Assembly (NCBI GenBank): GCA_051942205.1 | Contig: JAVECO010000022.1 | Location: forward strand, 62,001-126,000 | Reading direction: 5' to 3' | Length of the DNA stretch: 64,000 nucleotides | Source of the DNA: Coniocarpon cinnabarinum | Taxonomy: Eukaryota | Notes under the pieces: generated by a model | What the model was told of the DNA's origin: nothing | What the model saw: the letters and a program-made list of their open reading frames with translations, nothing else | Databases searched by the model: none | Program-made: the position numbers and the translations under genes | Shown here: positions 50,238-63,680 of the stretch, in pieces | Numbering within the stretch: position 1 is the first letter of the stretch | Layout of the letters: each line of letters opens with the position of its first letter

Positions 50238-51768
50238 ATGGTCCCCCGCGTGTTCTACCACATCAACATCCCACGCGCATTCCCACCCCAACTCCCCGAG
50301 CCTTCCCCCGTCGACAGCTCTCTCTTCTACTCTTCCCAATTTCCACGTCGGCAGGACGAACGTCTCCCTTTCAGCGGCCACAACTTACCCCACTTCATCT
50401 TCCCCATTGCCAATGACGACCACTGGGACCACGCCTCCCGCCCTTATGTCCTGGACCTCCCTCCCGAACTCCACATCAAGATTCTACTTCACCTGACCAG
50501 TCTCGATGACTTTGCTGCTACCGCCGCAGCTCATGCCGTTTTTCGAGTTCATTACAACAACATCTGGACGCGTGGGCAGGTCACGGCCGTTGTTCTGGAG
50601 CGCACGATTCCTGGGTTTCATGGAGCCCTGGCGTTGCAGGAGTTGATGCTGTTGCCGGCCGAGGAAAGAGCCAAGGTGTGGACTGACGGTCACGGCATGC
50701 CTTTCGAGGGGAGTGGCGTCAGAGCTGTGTTCAATGGCGTAAAGTGAGTTTCTCTGCTGTTCCTTGTGTGATTTGGCCCCTGCGCCTCTGCTGCCCGGCG
50801 TTTCTTTTCATTTTTCTTGGCTACTTCCTCGTTGCCTCCTCTTCATTGCTTCCAAGGTCGAGTGAAGAATTCAACGGGCTGGTGCTATTGTTTACGACGA
50901 AGAGGAGCAAACACTCAGAACGCATTCGAGTCGAAAGAGTTCCACTTGCTCCATCAGACTCGTCTTGGACAAGTCTCACCATGCCCACTAATCCTCTCCC
51001 CATCCCTTCCTCTCTATTCAGCTGCTCTCTTCCTTGTTTTCTCTCTCTCAAAAGATCAATTGCTGCAGAGTCAAACCCACACTCACATCTCTCTACAGCA
51101 AACCCGACTACATGGCCAGAATCATGCACGCCAACGCGATCGTCGAAAAAGAAACAGCAACTCGCTACGAAGAAACCATGCTCCTGGAGTGGGGCACCCG
51201 CCGTGAGCGCGGCGACCGCGTCCTCGACCCACACGACCATCTCCGCGCTCTTTCCGCGCGCGCGTACAGCTCGACCTTCCGCCCCGTCCACGGCTGCGCG
51301 ACTTTCACACCCAGCGAACGTGCCCGCTTCGCCTACATCTTCTACACCTACTGGCGTCTCTACCACTGCCGCTCCTTCACGACGAAAATCAGAGTCCTGT
51401 CCCGATTCAGCCATTGGCGCGTCGCTGCCGTGTACGAGATGTCGAAGTGGATGCGGGACTTCTTGTCCGCGCCTAGGCGCTATCCGTTGTACTATCAAGT
51501 GGATCCAATGTGTGACGTGGGTGTAGCGGCGGAGCGCGAGCTGATGTGGAGAGCGTGCCGGAAATTGGGAGTGTGCTGGAACCCGCCCCTGAGGCCGAAG
51601 GAGGCGTGGTGGGTGAAAGTGTCGGATCGGAAGATGCCTGCGGGGTATTGGACGATCCTGGGGGATGGGATGGAGGGGCTGGAGGCTTTGACGGAGAAGC
51701 TGGGGCCGGATGTCAATGCCAATGGTAGTGTTGGCGATGAAGATGGTGAGCGTGGTGCTGAGAAGTGA
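50238..51768 (+). CDS. F-box-like protein
   Basis: VLDLPPELHIKILLHL F-box-like motif. A 355-nt intron 50744(GTGAGT)-51098(CAG) joins the ORFs in frame. Confidence 0.65.
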
Positions 51769-51857
51769 AGAGTGGTGGTGGGTGAGTCAAGGGAATTGAT
51801 CCTGGGAGCAGGTCACGAAAAGAAAGTTAATATAAAAAAAAAGACAGGACGAGGAAC

Positions 51858-52317
51858 GCTGTACAAAGTAGTCTATAAACATACTGTAAAAATATCAACC
51901 ACGCTGTACGATGGAACACAATTGTCTCACTTTCCCCAGCGCAACATAAACAGAAAAACACTCAAAAAAGAATTGAAGACGCAGGAAGCTGTAAAAACAT
52001 CTCAATGTACATAGTGTTTTGATACTAAACATGCTGTACTAGTAAGTCTTGTTCTCTCACTTTCTCTAGCGCAACAGGAACGGAAAAAGACTAAAAAGAC
52101 AAGTTAGAACCTAGAAAGCTGTACAAACAAGTCTATAAATATGCTATTACAATATCAATCACGCTATACGATGAAATACAGTTGTCTCACTTTCCCTAGC
52201 GTAACACGAACGAAAACAGACTGAAAAAAAGAACTCCGGACGTAAAAAGCTGCAAGAACAACTGAATATATATAGTATTACAATACCAAACATGCTGTAT
52301 CCGTAAGTCTTGTTTTC
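51858..52317. repeat. 130-bp tandem repeat, about 3.5 units, with 260-bp higher-order period
   Basis: Units start with GCTG(T/C)A at 51858, 51988, 52118 and 52249. The full units share the core CTCACTTTCYCYAGCGYAACA. Alternate units are most similar to each other. Confidence 0.9.
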
Positions 52318-55300
52318 TTGATTTTGCAGCACATTTTGGCTCCGAAGCTAATGGATAATATTTTGCTTGAGTGGCAACGAGCTTCTATGGCGTGTCATGT
52401 TAAGCGTATTGAAGGGGTCAGGTGTACTGACACAGAAGGTCCTCATGAATTACTGGCAAGCTCTTACAAAGCTCCTCGACTGATCTATTCGAGGTCTGCA
52501 TTTGTTACTTGCGGGATCATCGTCTATTTTTTGCGCAATTAGCAAGGGAAGTTTGAGTCTCGTTCTACTTATTCGCTTTATCGCTTCGCTATATCGCATA
52601 TGAACCTCTGATTGGCTTTTTCGGACTACTTGCTTGTTTGCTTCGTCTTGTCCCGGTATTATGGGTACTACTCTGTACTTAAGCAAAGGAACGCTGCAAA
52701 AGCGCAATCGAGTCGATGAATTTATCGAGTCCTCGCGTTACAAAGAGTAGGTTAAATGACATTTTGACTGCTCATGTGTGGTAGCGTCCAATTTGGATTT
52801 ACACACGCCGTTTAAGAGACCGGCGAATGCTTATGGCGATAATAGCGTCTTTGGGTTTAACCATCTGAAGTGGAAGAAGAGCACGTGCTAATACTGACGG
52901 GGCTGAGCTATAGAGAAAGCTTAAGAAGGACATCTAAATCCTGTCCATACTATCTTTACCTTTCCGCTGTGGCTCATCGTACTTATTCCACTTGTCTATG
53001 CATGGTATCAGTGCTCAGACGTTGAGCTAATGTGAAGTAGCACAGCCCTGAAACCTAGCAAATTGGACATGAAACACGTCAAGACTACTTTCATGATTAA
53101 CAAGAGTTGAGTCGGTGCCACGTTCACTCGTGAATACCGGTCCTACATTCAACGAAAGTATGGAAGTCTACTATTGTCGCTGTTCAGGAGGATCGATTGC
53201 CAGTAATTACCGTCGCTTACTCTTGTAATCGACATCCAATACAGTGAGCAAAAGTCTCATAGCTCCCTGATTGTGGTATGTATTCATGTGACGGTCTTTA
53301 CCTTCACATCTCCCGCGTGAAGTTGATGTGAGGGATCCGGAGATGTGCGATTGCGAGTTCGAGCTGGCTTAGGTAGTCTTACACATTCAAAGAGCTATCA
53401 ATACAGTACCTATGTGCAGAGATTGGTTTCGAACTTGTGTGTATGAGCTAACAGTCTCGACAGGCCGAGACGAAGTAAGACCAAGGGTGTGCAGCGAAGA
53501 AACTCCAGAGATCAAATTGCAGTCTCGATGGATCGTCGGACGCCCCACTCCTCCAAGGCACACCGACCGGTCCACAGCCATATCACAAAATCAATATTAT
53601 TCAATCAAACTCAAGGACGTGCCACAAGATATCACACATTGCCACAACATTGCTCATATATCCGGCGATTCTTACGAGAGCAAGCGAGTTGACGACAGAG
53701 ACACTGCAGCGTTATCTCATTCCCGAAATACTTCCTCTCTTTGACCGACCGCATCACAAGTCTAATGACCTTAGTCTTAGACCCAAGGATGATCCAAGCA
53801 TGACCCGAGGACACCTCAAGAGTAGTCAGCAACGTGCCCTAATGTCGCAACAGACCCGTCGCTGCAGACCCGTCGCAACACACTAAATCCGGGAGATGGC
53901 ATTGCTCCATTCGGCTGTCTCAGCAAGTCCAACATGCCCATATCCATCAGGATCAACAGACGCACGCGGAAATGCCTTGCTGAGCTTTGTCCTCGACGTG
54001 TTCGAGGAGTCCGCTCACAGCCGATGACAGAAACGAGTAGACGGCATGTACGTCGAAAGTGATCGGTTCCCGAGCTGCTTCAGCTTGTCCCCAGGCCGCT
54101 TCTTCCAGGATGACCCTCGACAGACTCGTCACTGTGACGGAAGCCTGTAGTTTGCGAAAATGACGGTGCAAGCGAGGAAATGGACATTGTGGCCGTTGTC
54201 AGCCACCTGATTTGCAACTATGATGAAACGACAACAAAGGAGATGACTAGCAGAAGCTGTTGATGGCAACGACCGTAAATGATTTGCAGATTAGCCGTCG
54301 CCAAGTGTTGATAACTATACTTAGCTGATCTATAGCTTACTGCAAAAGCGCAGAATGGCCAGAGCAGCTGGCTTCATCGCCGACTCCCAAGCATTAAAGA
54401 GACATCGATTGAGAGGAGTAGTAGCAGATAGATAGCAGCAGACATATGATACAAGTCAAGCTCGAGACGAGCTTTCAGAGAGTTATTAACCCAGCGACGA
54501 CACCCACCTCCAGCGTGGGTGTTTGCGACTGAAGCGGTTGGGTTGCACGTCGTGCCCGACCTCGCGTGTCCCAGCGACCTGTTCTCGCTACATGAAGCCT
54601 GATCTTCCAATAACGCATACCGCATGACGCATACCCATGTCTGGTGTCGGTGACGCAAACCAGTTCCAGTTATAGCCTCACAAGCGCTGCACCTCCGCGG
54701 TCACTGAGGTCGCCGTGCCACCGAAAGAGCCCGCATCATAAACACGTCGCCAATGACACGGTTGCCTTGTCGTCAAACCCAACATCTAGCAGTGCTTCTG
54801 GAACCCCTCGGATCTCGAGGCTCCATCCGAAAACAGCATGTTTGCGGGCCGCAACTCGATCGAGATTCCGCAGGTATGAAGACCTCGTTTTGCAACCCGT
54901 CTCCGAATTGTCTGAAGCGAACGCCGACAGCCGGTTGTGTCGCGATCGCGGTTCCTGCTCCTCTGGCCTAGACCTATATTAAGACCTAACACGGGTATCG
55001 AATAAACGGGGACGCTTTTGCACCACGCCGCGGAGCTGCCGTTGGAGCGACGTGGCCGCGTCGCGGTGTTCTGTAAACTGCACCTTGAAGGGCTAGAAGA
55101 TCTCGCGGCTGGAGCCTGTGACAGGAGACGCGGACGCGTTGCCGATGCGCGGGGTCTCCGGCAGCTCGTCGAAGCGGGGATCTTCCACCTGACACCCGGC
55201 GTGTTCCACGTCCAGAAAGCCACACCCAGGCACCTGAATTCAAGCACATGTATACCACATGAGTGACGATCCACGCTTCTTGTATAAGGAGACCTTCCCG

Positions 55301-56326
55301 GGACGGCGCTCCTACGGCCTTACCCTGCTTCACAGCCTCTACTATATTTATTATTTAGCTTGTATTTATACTCATGTTTTGGACCTTTTTTCTTTGCTTT
55401 TTCTCTTTTTTATGATTCGTATTGTATAATGTAATATCAGTAAGGGATAAGGAAATGATATAGCGTCTTCACGACGCGAGTATAGTTGTTTTTCTTCTCT
55501 CTCTCTATCAATGAGACGATCCATCACTTAACCATGGCTACTTTCAGCTAGCCACGGCGACCCATCTCTTCCCTCCCTCTTTATCCACGCGCAAGATTGA
55601 CCGTACGCGCACAACGTACGCGCAAGAGCGATTGGTGCATGCACGGCCGTTCACGGCTGCCGAGTCCGTAGAGCTGCCGAGTCATAGAAGTGCCAAACGT
55701 CGAGCGACATAATGGACACGAAGCGGGATTCAAAAGGCGGCTTCGATATCCATCGGCCGCACTTCCAAGACCGCCCATTTCCTTCGTTTCCGGAGGTCCG
55801 TCCTGTATTCCAAGACGAGAGCGGGTGCCCTCGGCCTCAGTAGGCACAAACCCCCGCATGAATGAAGCGGCTACCGAAGTCAACCATCCATCTCCATCAA
55901 CGTGGCGTCATTCGACTTCCTTGCTTAGGTGAGCGAGCGTCTTGGCCTCATGAATCAAAGCTTCGAGCGCTATCTGGCGTGCCGTGGGATCGCTTGACGG
56001 CGACACCAGCATCTTGATTGTATTTATCCACGGCAATCGATACCTGGCCGAAACCGCCGGAGCCAAGATTGTGCGCGATTCGTGGATATGGCGATAGAAA
56101 ATTGAGTCCTTTATCAAGATCCAGATCTCAGATACGTGTCCGGCACGACGACGCCCGTAGAGAAGGACAATTGGGCCGGTTTTTTTGCTTTTGCTTGACT
56201 TGTTTTTTTTTTCTTTTTTGGTTTTTTTCTTGTGGGTAGAGAAATAGCAACCGAGCTTTGGCTGCGATGTGAGTGTCGCCACGGGCTGCTGCCCCAAGCA
56301 ATGGCGTTCGACCCGTTGATGTGGAG

Positions 56327-56665
56327 TCACGGCTTCCTTCGGACTGACCGCGTCCGTTGTTGCCACGCAGCTGACGTGGTAACTCGGTCACGGGATGCAT
56401 CTACGCGTAGCTGGGCGTTATTGAATTTGCCCTTGGCACCGGGTGCAGATTGGTAGGATCCGCTGAGAATTCGACGGGACACGCGCCGTCGGAGCGTAAG
56501 CAGTCCAGCGAGGTAGGTGCCGCTTCCGACGCCTGAGGCATAAGAGTCACCCCAGGCTGTCCACTCGAAATTAAGAACCCTTCCCATGGAGAAGGTCTCG
56601 TGAGCAGTTGTGACCATCTGTATGAGGCCTGCCGACAGCCACGAGAGAACCGTGAGTGCATCCAC
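56327..56665 (-). pseudogene. SGNH/GDSL hydrolase remnant
   Basis: A hydrophobic leader precedes EWTAWGDSYASGVGSG (block I). CLRSDGACP follows in a different frame. Confidence 0.6.
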
Positions 56666-58157
56666 GATGTAGAGCGGTTGCCTCGGTTACAGGATGCATA
56701 TTGTTGCTTTGGACACACCGTCAATGGATTGATCGCTTTTGCCTCTATTCCCAAGGAATCATACTTCTGCTTACGGCGCATTTTCGCGGGCCGAGTATTT
56801 CCTGCCTTCTGTGTGCGCGAATTGCAGAGACTTGTCAGGTTGCTAATGCGTAAACGGACCAGCTGCAGCTGAGAGCCTCAGCTGAGAGCCTCCGTGAACC
56901 AAGTCGAGAATCGGGCTGTAGATGAAGGAAGTTGCAAAGAGAGTGTGAACGGGAAAGCAGAACTAGGTACAAAGTGGAGAACGGTCCTGACGCAGTAGAA
57001 TATCTGTCTCCGGGTCCGTGTAGTGTTTTTGGACGACAATGCTGTGAAGACTCGTAAAATTTCGTTCGTCGACCCAGTCATTGCCTTTTGTGGGATATTC
57101 AAGATTTTTTCAAAATCGCAGCGCCTAGCAGATTGCCTTGCGTGACCTAATTATAGACTTTATTTCTTGAGCTGTTGTCGTAAACAGATGACGGCCTGTG
57201 ATTAGCATCCGCGTCTCGTACTGTCCCTCATATCCACTCTTACAAGCGACGGCGGATAAGCGTTCGGGGAGGGTGGACAAACAAAGCCCCGCAGAACGCC
57301 AGAAAGGTAATGTCCAGCAGTCTGTAGATTCGCCGCTGTCGACACTTGACGCGCTTCTCAGGGTGTCCACGTAGGCGCATCGAGAAGGTGGGATGCGCTT
57401 TTTGTCACCTCGCCATCTGTACGGCACCTGAGCTTGCTCGCTTGTATTGCTATCAACAGCCCGGCAGGCAGACGTGCTGCGACCAATCTCAGGGCGAGTT
57501 TCCTGAGATCGGTGTAATGGCTGGTCCGTTTTAACAAGCTCCTCGGCCCAGCGAAGTGTCCTGCAGCCGCAGCGAGACAGCCGTATGACGAAGCATGGCT
57601 TCGAGGTCCATACTGCACATGATCGACAAAGACTCTAACATCGATAGCCCCATCTCATCGACGTAATCCCAAAGACATCGCGTTCCTAGTATGAGCGACA
57701 ACAGTAAGAGAAGAATGAGAAAAATATTCATAATAAACAGCCCATCTGTTATTTGATCTCCCGAGATTGCAGCCTTTGGGGCGCGACAGGCTGTGGAAAA
57801 TCTTGTGGAATTATGAGGCTACAGTGGCCTTTTTCATAGCGACGTTGCTTTTTGATCCGTGGATGTCGGCTCTTCTTATCATACCGAGGTAGAACCTGAT
57901 CATCCATCCTGGAAATATGTGACCATGAAAGAAAGATATGCGAGGTGGGCTGGGACCGTCGTGAAGTGGACTTTGAGGTTGATGCAAGTTCCCGGTGATC
58001 GACCGATGACGCGCGGCATCGAGGATGAGAGGTACGAGGGTACGTGCGCGACATGATATATTCAATGAGATAGTATCATTATCCATACGTTTCCATTGAA
58101 ATCGTTAGAAACATATCCTACATACCAGTTAGCATACCTGTTTCTCATGGAGGAACA

Positions 58158-61100
58158 TCAAAGCTCCTCATCTTCATCAGTCTCGTCCATCCCGTTGATC
58201 CCATCAGTCTCAGCGTTCTCCCTCCGCGCATCAACCAAGCCATAAAACCTCTCCAAACACGCCCGTCTCGCCTTCCCACTCCAACTTTCCACCGCCATCG
58301 CAAAGCCCGTGACATCCACCGCCCCCTCTTCATTCTTCCAACCCAGAAGCTTCGCCATTTCGCAAAACTGTCTCCGTCTGATGTCAGCGTCAGGATGAAA
58401 CTTCTTCGACGACGTCCTCTCGCTCGCGTCTTCACGAGGCGCGTTGGGGGGATTGACTTGTGAAAACGACTGTGATTGCGACTGCGATGCGAACACTTTA
58501 CGCCCCAATGTCTCAGGATGTGAGGCGCTTCCGTGCAGCCCTGCTGCTTCAGCAGCATGACGAGAGAGTTTGGCTTCGATGCGGGACGAGCCCAGGAGAT
58601 CAGTGTTTTTATGTGTGTAGCCCACGCCGGCTGATGCGAGAATGAAGGAAATAGGATTGCCTTTGCGTTCCTTCTGGTCTTCCTTCGTCTTCTCTTTGGA
58701 GCCTGGAGTAGTGCTGCCTTCGTCGTGCTTGCCGGAAGCTATAAGATCAGCTAGTTGACTCATCGCTTCGTCACCGAGGTCATCGTCTCGTCTTTTGGTC
58801 ACAGGCATCGTGTCCTCGTTGTCGTTTTGGCTTTCTTCATTCTCCGTGAAGGAGTCCATGTCCACTCCCCCAACTGAGACACCAGCTTTGCTTTCCGCGA
58901 CATTCGTTGCGTTCACAATATCGCGTAATACGATATTGCCCTGCACGCCATGAAATGTGAACAAATTTTGCAATCCGAAGATCTCGCCTTTTTGCTCAAC
59001 CTTGTCCATGACTCCTTTGAACCAGCGCCGCTCATGACTCGCTGTATAGCCGATATTTGCCTGTTGCTGCTTGTACACCTGTCGAGCATAGACAATTTCT
59101 TCGATGGTACCGGCGGACACGAGTCTGAAGACTTCAACATCGCGTTGTTGGCCGATGCGATAGGCGCGGTCTTGTGCTTGGAGATCGTGTGCGGGATTCC
59201 AATTGGGATCAACCACAACGACTTTGTTGGCGCTCGCGATGTTCAGCCCGGTGCCGCCAGCGCGAGTCGATATGAGGAACGCAAAGTGATCGGGGGACGC
59301 GTTGAAGGTGTTCACAGCGGCCGTGCGCTCAGCGTATGTGAGCGTGCCGTCCAGGTAAGATACTGTATATGATGTAGTGGAAAGCAGAGAGTAGAGCATG
59401 TTGAGAAGACGCTTTGAATGACTGAAGATGAGCACTTTGTCTCCATTGCTGTGCCAGAAAGCCAACAGCTTGCGGAGGACTCGCCATTTGCCGCAAAATT
59501 CGCGATTTGTGAAGTTACGCAACGAATCGCGATCGGCGAAAAGCCCACGCCAGTTGGTCGGACAACAGATTTGCAAATTCTCCAGAGCTTTAGCCTGGGC
59601 TTCGTGATCTTCGTTTGAAAGCGGAATCAAAGATGCAAGATGGGAGCAAAGACGCTGAAGGGTCGCAATGGCAGGAAAGACATGTTCCTGCCACCGAGAC
59701 CCATCACTCAGCGTCGCGCCACAGCACCAGCCGTATTTGTAAGGTGAACCACAGGTGCAGGGATTGGTGCTTTCGCGAATCGCGTTGACTTTTTCGGAGT
59801 CGAGAAAGTTTTCGTAGGCCTCTTGTTGAAGTTCTGTGAGCGGACAAAAGACAACGCGGTCTGACTTCTTGGGGAGTTGGTCAGCGATGAGGGTCTTCAT
59901 GCGACGCAGGAAAAAGCGCGGCAACAAGTTGTTGACGAGCTTGTTGGCCGTAGAGCGTGCTTTGGCGAGCTGCTGTTGTGTAGCATCATGTGACTGTCCG
60001 ACTTTCAGTGGTTCTGATATGACGGTCTTCCAGCTTTTCAGGGGACCAAAGCGGCCCGGATTGGTCCAGTTCAGGAGGTTCCATAGATTTTCGTACTTAT
60101 TCTGAATCGCTGTACCTGTCAGACCAATGCGACAGAGCGCATTGATTTCACCCATGGCCGTGGATATCTCGCTAGTATGCTCTTTGATTTGGTGGCATTC
60201 ATCGGCAACGACACAGTCCCACTCGACCAAGTTGATTGCCTCACGGTTGAGTTGATAAGTCCTATAGGTCGTGATCATGATTTCGAGTCGACCGGTCTTT
60301 GCACTTTGCAACGCAAGTTCCTTGACTTCGGTAGTCCCGTGATACGTGTCGACGCGCCACCAACCCCATTTCTCAAGTTCAGCTTTCCAGTTGTCCATCA
60401 ACGTGCCTGGGCTGACTATCAAGACCTTTGGATAAAATGGTTGCAGTGAGTGCCGTCGCATCTTACGCATTCGCTTTGCGTCGCGTTCATCCCCAGTCTT
60501 ACCGAAGGCAGCTGTAAGAAACGCTATAACCTGGATGGTCTTTCCCAGTCCCATATCATCGCCCAAGATGCCACCTCGCTGGTACGCGAAAAGCTCATGC
60601 AGGAACGCAGCACCCTTGATCTGGTAGTCGCGCAGCCACTGCGCAATCGAGGCTGGGATGATGCCAGCAGACAAGGGTAGACTAGTGTCTTTGTACTCAG
60701 CACATGGCTTCAGTGTTGGAAAGGACGGCCGCTCGTCTAGCTCGTCCAGGCGCTCGTCGTCAGAGAAGTCAACGTCTTCATAGCTTGGCGGCAACTTCAG
60801 ACCAGCGTCTTGAAGCTTTTGCCGATCATTGTCAAATTGTGATCGCCGGCTCTTGAGATACTGCGGGAGCTCTGCTTCAATCACCTCCTCGTTGTCTTCA
60901 TCTGAATTCAACCCATACACGAAACGTTCTTTGTATTTCGTTTGTTTCGTAGGACGGCCTCGCGCACGCCTCTTGCCCGTACTGGCACTGTTTGGTGCGG
61001 ACCGAGGCTTCTTAGTCGGTTTGTCTTTGCTGTTTGAACTGGCCTTGCGCTTGCGATTCTCAAACTCCTCATGTTCCTGCCGATCGAAATCGTCATCAGA

Positions 61101-61422
61101 AGACCCCTTGACCTGGTGTTGGACTGGGTCTGATCCTCTTTCCTCGCTAAGCTTGCGCGTAGCCTGAACTGCCTCCCTCTGTACAGAATCAGGCACTAAG
61201 CCTTCGGACGTAAGATCTACGAGAGCTTCTGTCAGATTTGTCGCTGCGTGGAGTGAGGGCTGTAACATAGAACAGGAGCAGGACCATACTGAATTGCAAC
61301 TTTTCCCTACCAGCCTTTCTAGTATTGAGCACGGGCGCATCTAAGTCATCGTCACTTGTTGATGAGGTATCTTCCGCCGCGCCAGCGATGTGCTCGTCCT
61401 TGGCAGTTTGAGGACGAGCCAT
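58158..61422 (-). CDS. SNF2-family ATPase, ERCC6L2/Rad26-like
   Basis: GDDMGLGKT, DECH, LTGTAIQN and QAQDRAYRIGQ motifs; C-terminal VIGSSK-like YTHKNTDLLGSSRIE. Exon 1 61422-61311 joins through intron 61310-61229. Confidence 0.92.
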
Positions 61423-61691
61423 TGCCACAAAGTCGCATGAATGTAAACGTCGCGACAGGAGACATTTCGATGGCTTGTTAAATGCAACTTCTCATGAAAG
61501 ACAGCAGGTGAAAATGTGTGATGCACCTCTCTCATACATGTTGGACGGGCGAAGAAAGACTGTTAAGACATGTGATGGATTCCATCCACGCCAAGCTTCT
61601 TTGCGGTCTTAAAACTTCGACACGCGTTGGAACAATTCTATCACATCTATAGAGTCATCAAAGCGCGTCTTTACGCGCCGGACCTTGCAAG

Positions 61692-62456
61692 ATGCCTCTC
61701 GACACTTCCTCATACAGCCTCGCGCTTTTGCGATTGGACGGCCGACGCTGGAACGAGCTTCGGTCGCTATACGGCCAAATTTCAACGCAAGCCGCTGCAG
61801 ATGGGTCCGCCTACTTTGAAATGGGCAACACGAAAGTCATTTGCACGATCCATGGCCCTGAGGAAAGTAGCCGGAGAGCGCAAGGCGCAGGCGGGACCGA
61901 AGCCCAAGTGCATGTGGAAATCAATATCGCTGGGTTCAGTGGTAATGATCGGACGAAGAGGTCAAAGAATGACAAGCGCAACGCGGAGCTACAGCACACT
62001 ATCAGCCGAGCGTTCAGCACGCAGTGTTTCACACATTTGTACCCGCATTCAACCATCAATGTCACCCTCCACGTACTCACCCAAGACGGGAGTCTGCTGG
62101 CGGCATGTATCAACGCAGCCACATTGGCCTTGGTCGATGCAGGTATACCAATGCAGCATTACATAAGCGCATGCACGGCTGGCTCGACATCCTCGTACTC
62201 TTCTAACGAGGAAGCAGCTGATCCTCTGCTCGATCTCAACAGTCTCGAGGAGGCAGAGCTGCCGTTCTTGACTGTAGCGACCGTGGGTGGGACTGATCAA
62301 ATCAGCGTGCTCATCATGGATACACGCGTCCAAATGCAAAGGGTCGAGGGCATGCTTGCACTTGCAATCGATGGGTGTCGAAGTATTCTGAACACTCTGG
62401 ATCTGATCGTGAAGGAGCACGGCAAGCAAGTGTTGGAAAAAGCTCCCGGGGACTGA
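61692..62456 (+). CDS. RRP41: Exosome RNase PH-like subunit Rrp41/Ski6
   Basis: RLDGRRWNELR, DGSAYFEMGNTKV..HGP and QDGSLLAACINAATLALVDAGIPM motifs. Confidence 0.93.
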   Translation: MPLDTSSYSLALLRLDGRRWNELRSLYGQISTQAAADGSAYFEMGNTKVICTIHGPEESSRRAQGAGGTEAQVHVEINIAGFSGNDRTKRSKNDKRNAELQHTISRAFSTQCFTHLYPHSTINVTLHVLTQDGSLLAACINAATLALVDAGIPMQHYISACTAGSTSSYSSNEEAADPLLDLNSLEEAELPFLTVATVGGTDQISVLIMDTRVQMQRVEGMLALAIDGCRSILNTLDLIVKEHGKQVLEKAPGD

Positions 62457-62612
62457 GCGGTGCGGTGACCGAAGAAGCAGAAAGCATTGCGTTGTGGTGC
62501 TGGTCATCCGATGTGCCTCACGGACAATCTACGCGTCTGAGGGGACTGCCCGCAGTGGTGAGACGCGGTCGGTACGGGGAAAAAGCAGCCTGGTGCAGCG
62601 TCCCTTTCCAAG

Positions 62613-63680
62613 TCATTCTCCCTTGCTGAGTTCTATCTCACGCTCCATCCACTGCCTTCGCTCCCTGGCTATTGCGATCCTCTGCGCCATCACAATTGCC
62701 CACTCAGGAAGCAGATCAAACGATAGCATCCCGATAATATCATGACCAATGTACGGTCTCACTAACAGCCGACCACAACCGACCTTGTCCAGCGCAGCTC
62801 TGACCCAGATCCGGGCAGTTGGCTGCCAGAAGTTTGATTTTTGGCTGACCCCACCAGTCTCTGCCACGATACCCGAGGAGAAACACATACACTCCCCTGT
62901 GGACAAATGCGGCTGCATGGCGAGTTCTTGAGACAGGGCACAAGACCAGCTTGATATGTAGGCCTTCGTGCCACTGTAGACAGATAACAAAGGTGAACCT
63001 AACACACCACCTAAGGAAGAGATATTGAGAATGAGAAACGGCGCAGCCTTTGCCTGTGGGCGATTTGAGTTCGGGGGCTTGCCGCTCATGATGGGCAACA
63101 ATCCACGTGTGAGCTGAGTGGTAAAGCGGGCATTCAAGTTAATGGTACTATCAACGTCCGCCGCGGTTATGTTTTGCAACGCGAGGAAGGGTGACTTGTG
63201 TCCGTAGATTCCGTTCAATGCTCCGACATTGTTCACCAGGACTGTGAGCGGCCCGGGAAGCGAGGCCATCTCATCCGTGGTTCTAAGAATGGCCTGTTTC
63301 ATGCCATGCGAGTTGGCGGCGTCGGCGACCACATAGCGGAACGATGCCTTCGGATACTTCCGTTCAAAAATGCTGATCGACGTCTGGAGCTTCCCCTCGT
63401 TGCGTCCATGTAGCACAATGTTGAAGCCTTGCTGGGCTAATTGATCGGCGAACACTTCTCCAATGCCTCCGGTCGCGCCGGTCACAAGCGCCCATGCGCC
63501 GGGTCGCCGGTATCTGGACAGCGTCGATGAATGGACGAAATGAAGATGAATGAAGAAGTACAGTTGTACCAGAAGATGCAATAACCTGACAGAGCTGAGC
63601 AGAGCAAGCCCAAGGATGATGCCGACGGGCAAGTTTTCCGGTATAGACTGGATCATGTTCTCTTCGGAATGTTGCGTCAT
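62613..63680 (-). CDS. Membrane-anchored SDR (17beta-HSD/3-ketoacyl-CoA reductase-like)
   Basis: N-terminal TM, WALVTGATGGIG, LVNNVG, NISS and catalytic YSGTK. Confidence 0.88.
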   Translation of the reverse strand: MTQHSEENMIQSIPENLPVGIILGLALLSSVRLLHLLVQLYFFIHLHFVHSSTLSRYRRPGAWALVTGATGGIGEVFADQLAQQGFNIVLHGRNEGKLQTSISIFERKYPKASFRYVVADAANSHGMKQAILRTTDEMASLPGPLTVLVNNVGALNGIYGHKSPFLALQNITAADVDSTINLNARFTTQLTRGLLPIMSGKPPNSNRPQAKAAPFLILNISSLGGVLGSPLLSVYSGTKAYISSWSCALSQELAMQPHLSTGECMCFSSGIVAETGGVSQKSNFWQPTARIWVRAALDKVGCGRLLVRPYIGHDIIGMLSFDLLPEWAIVMAQRIAIARERRQWMEREIELSKGE

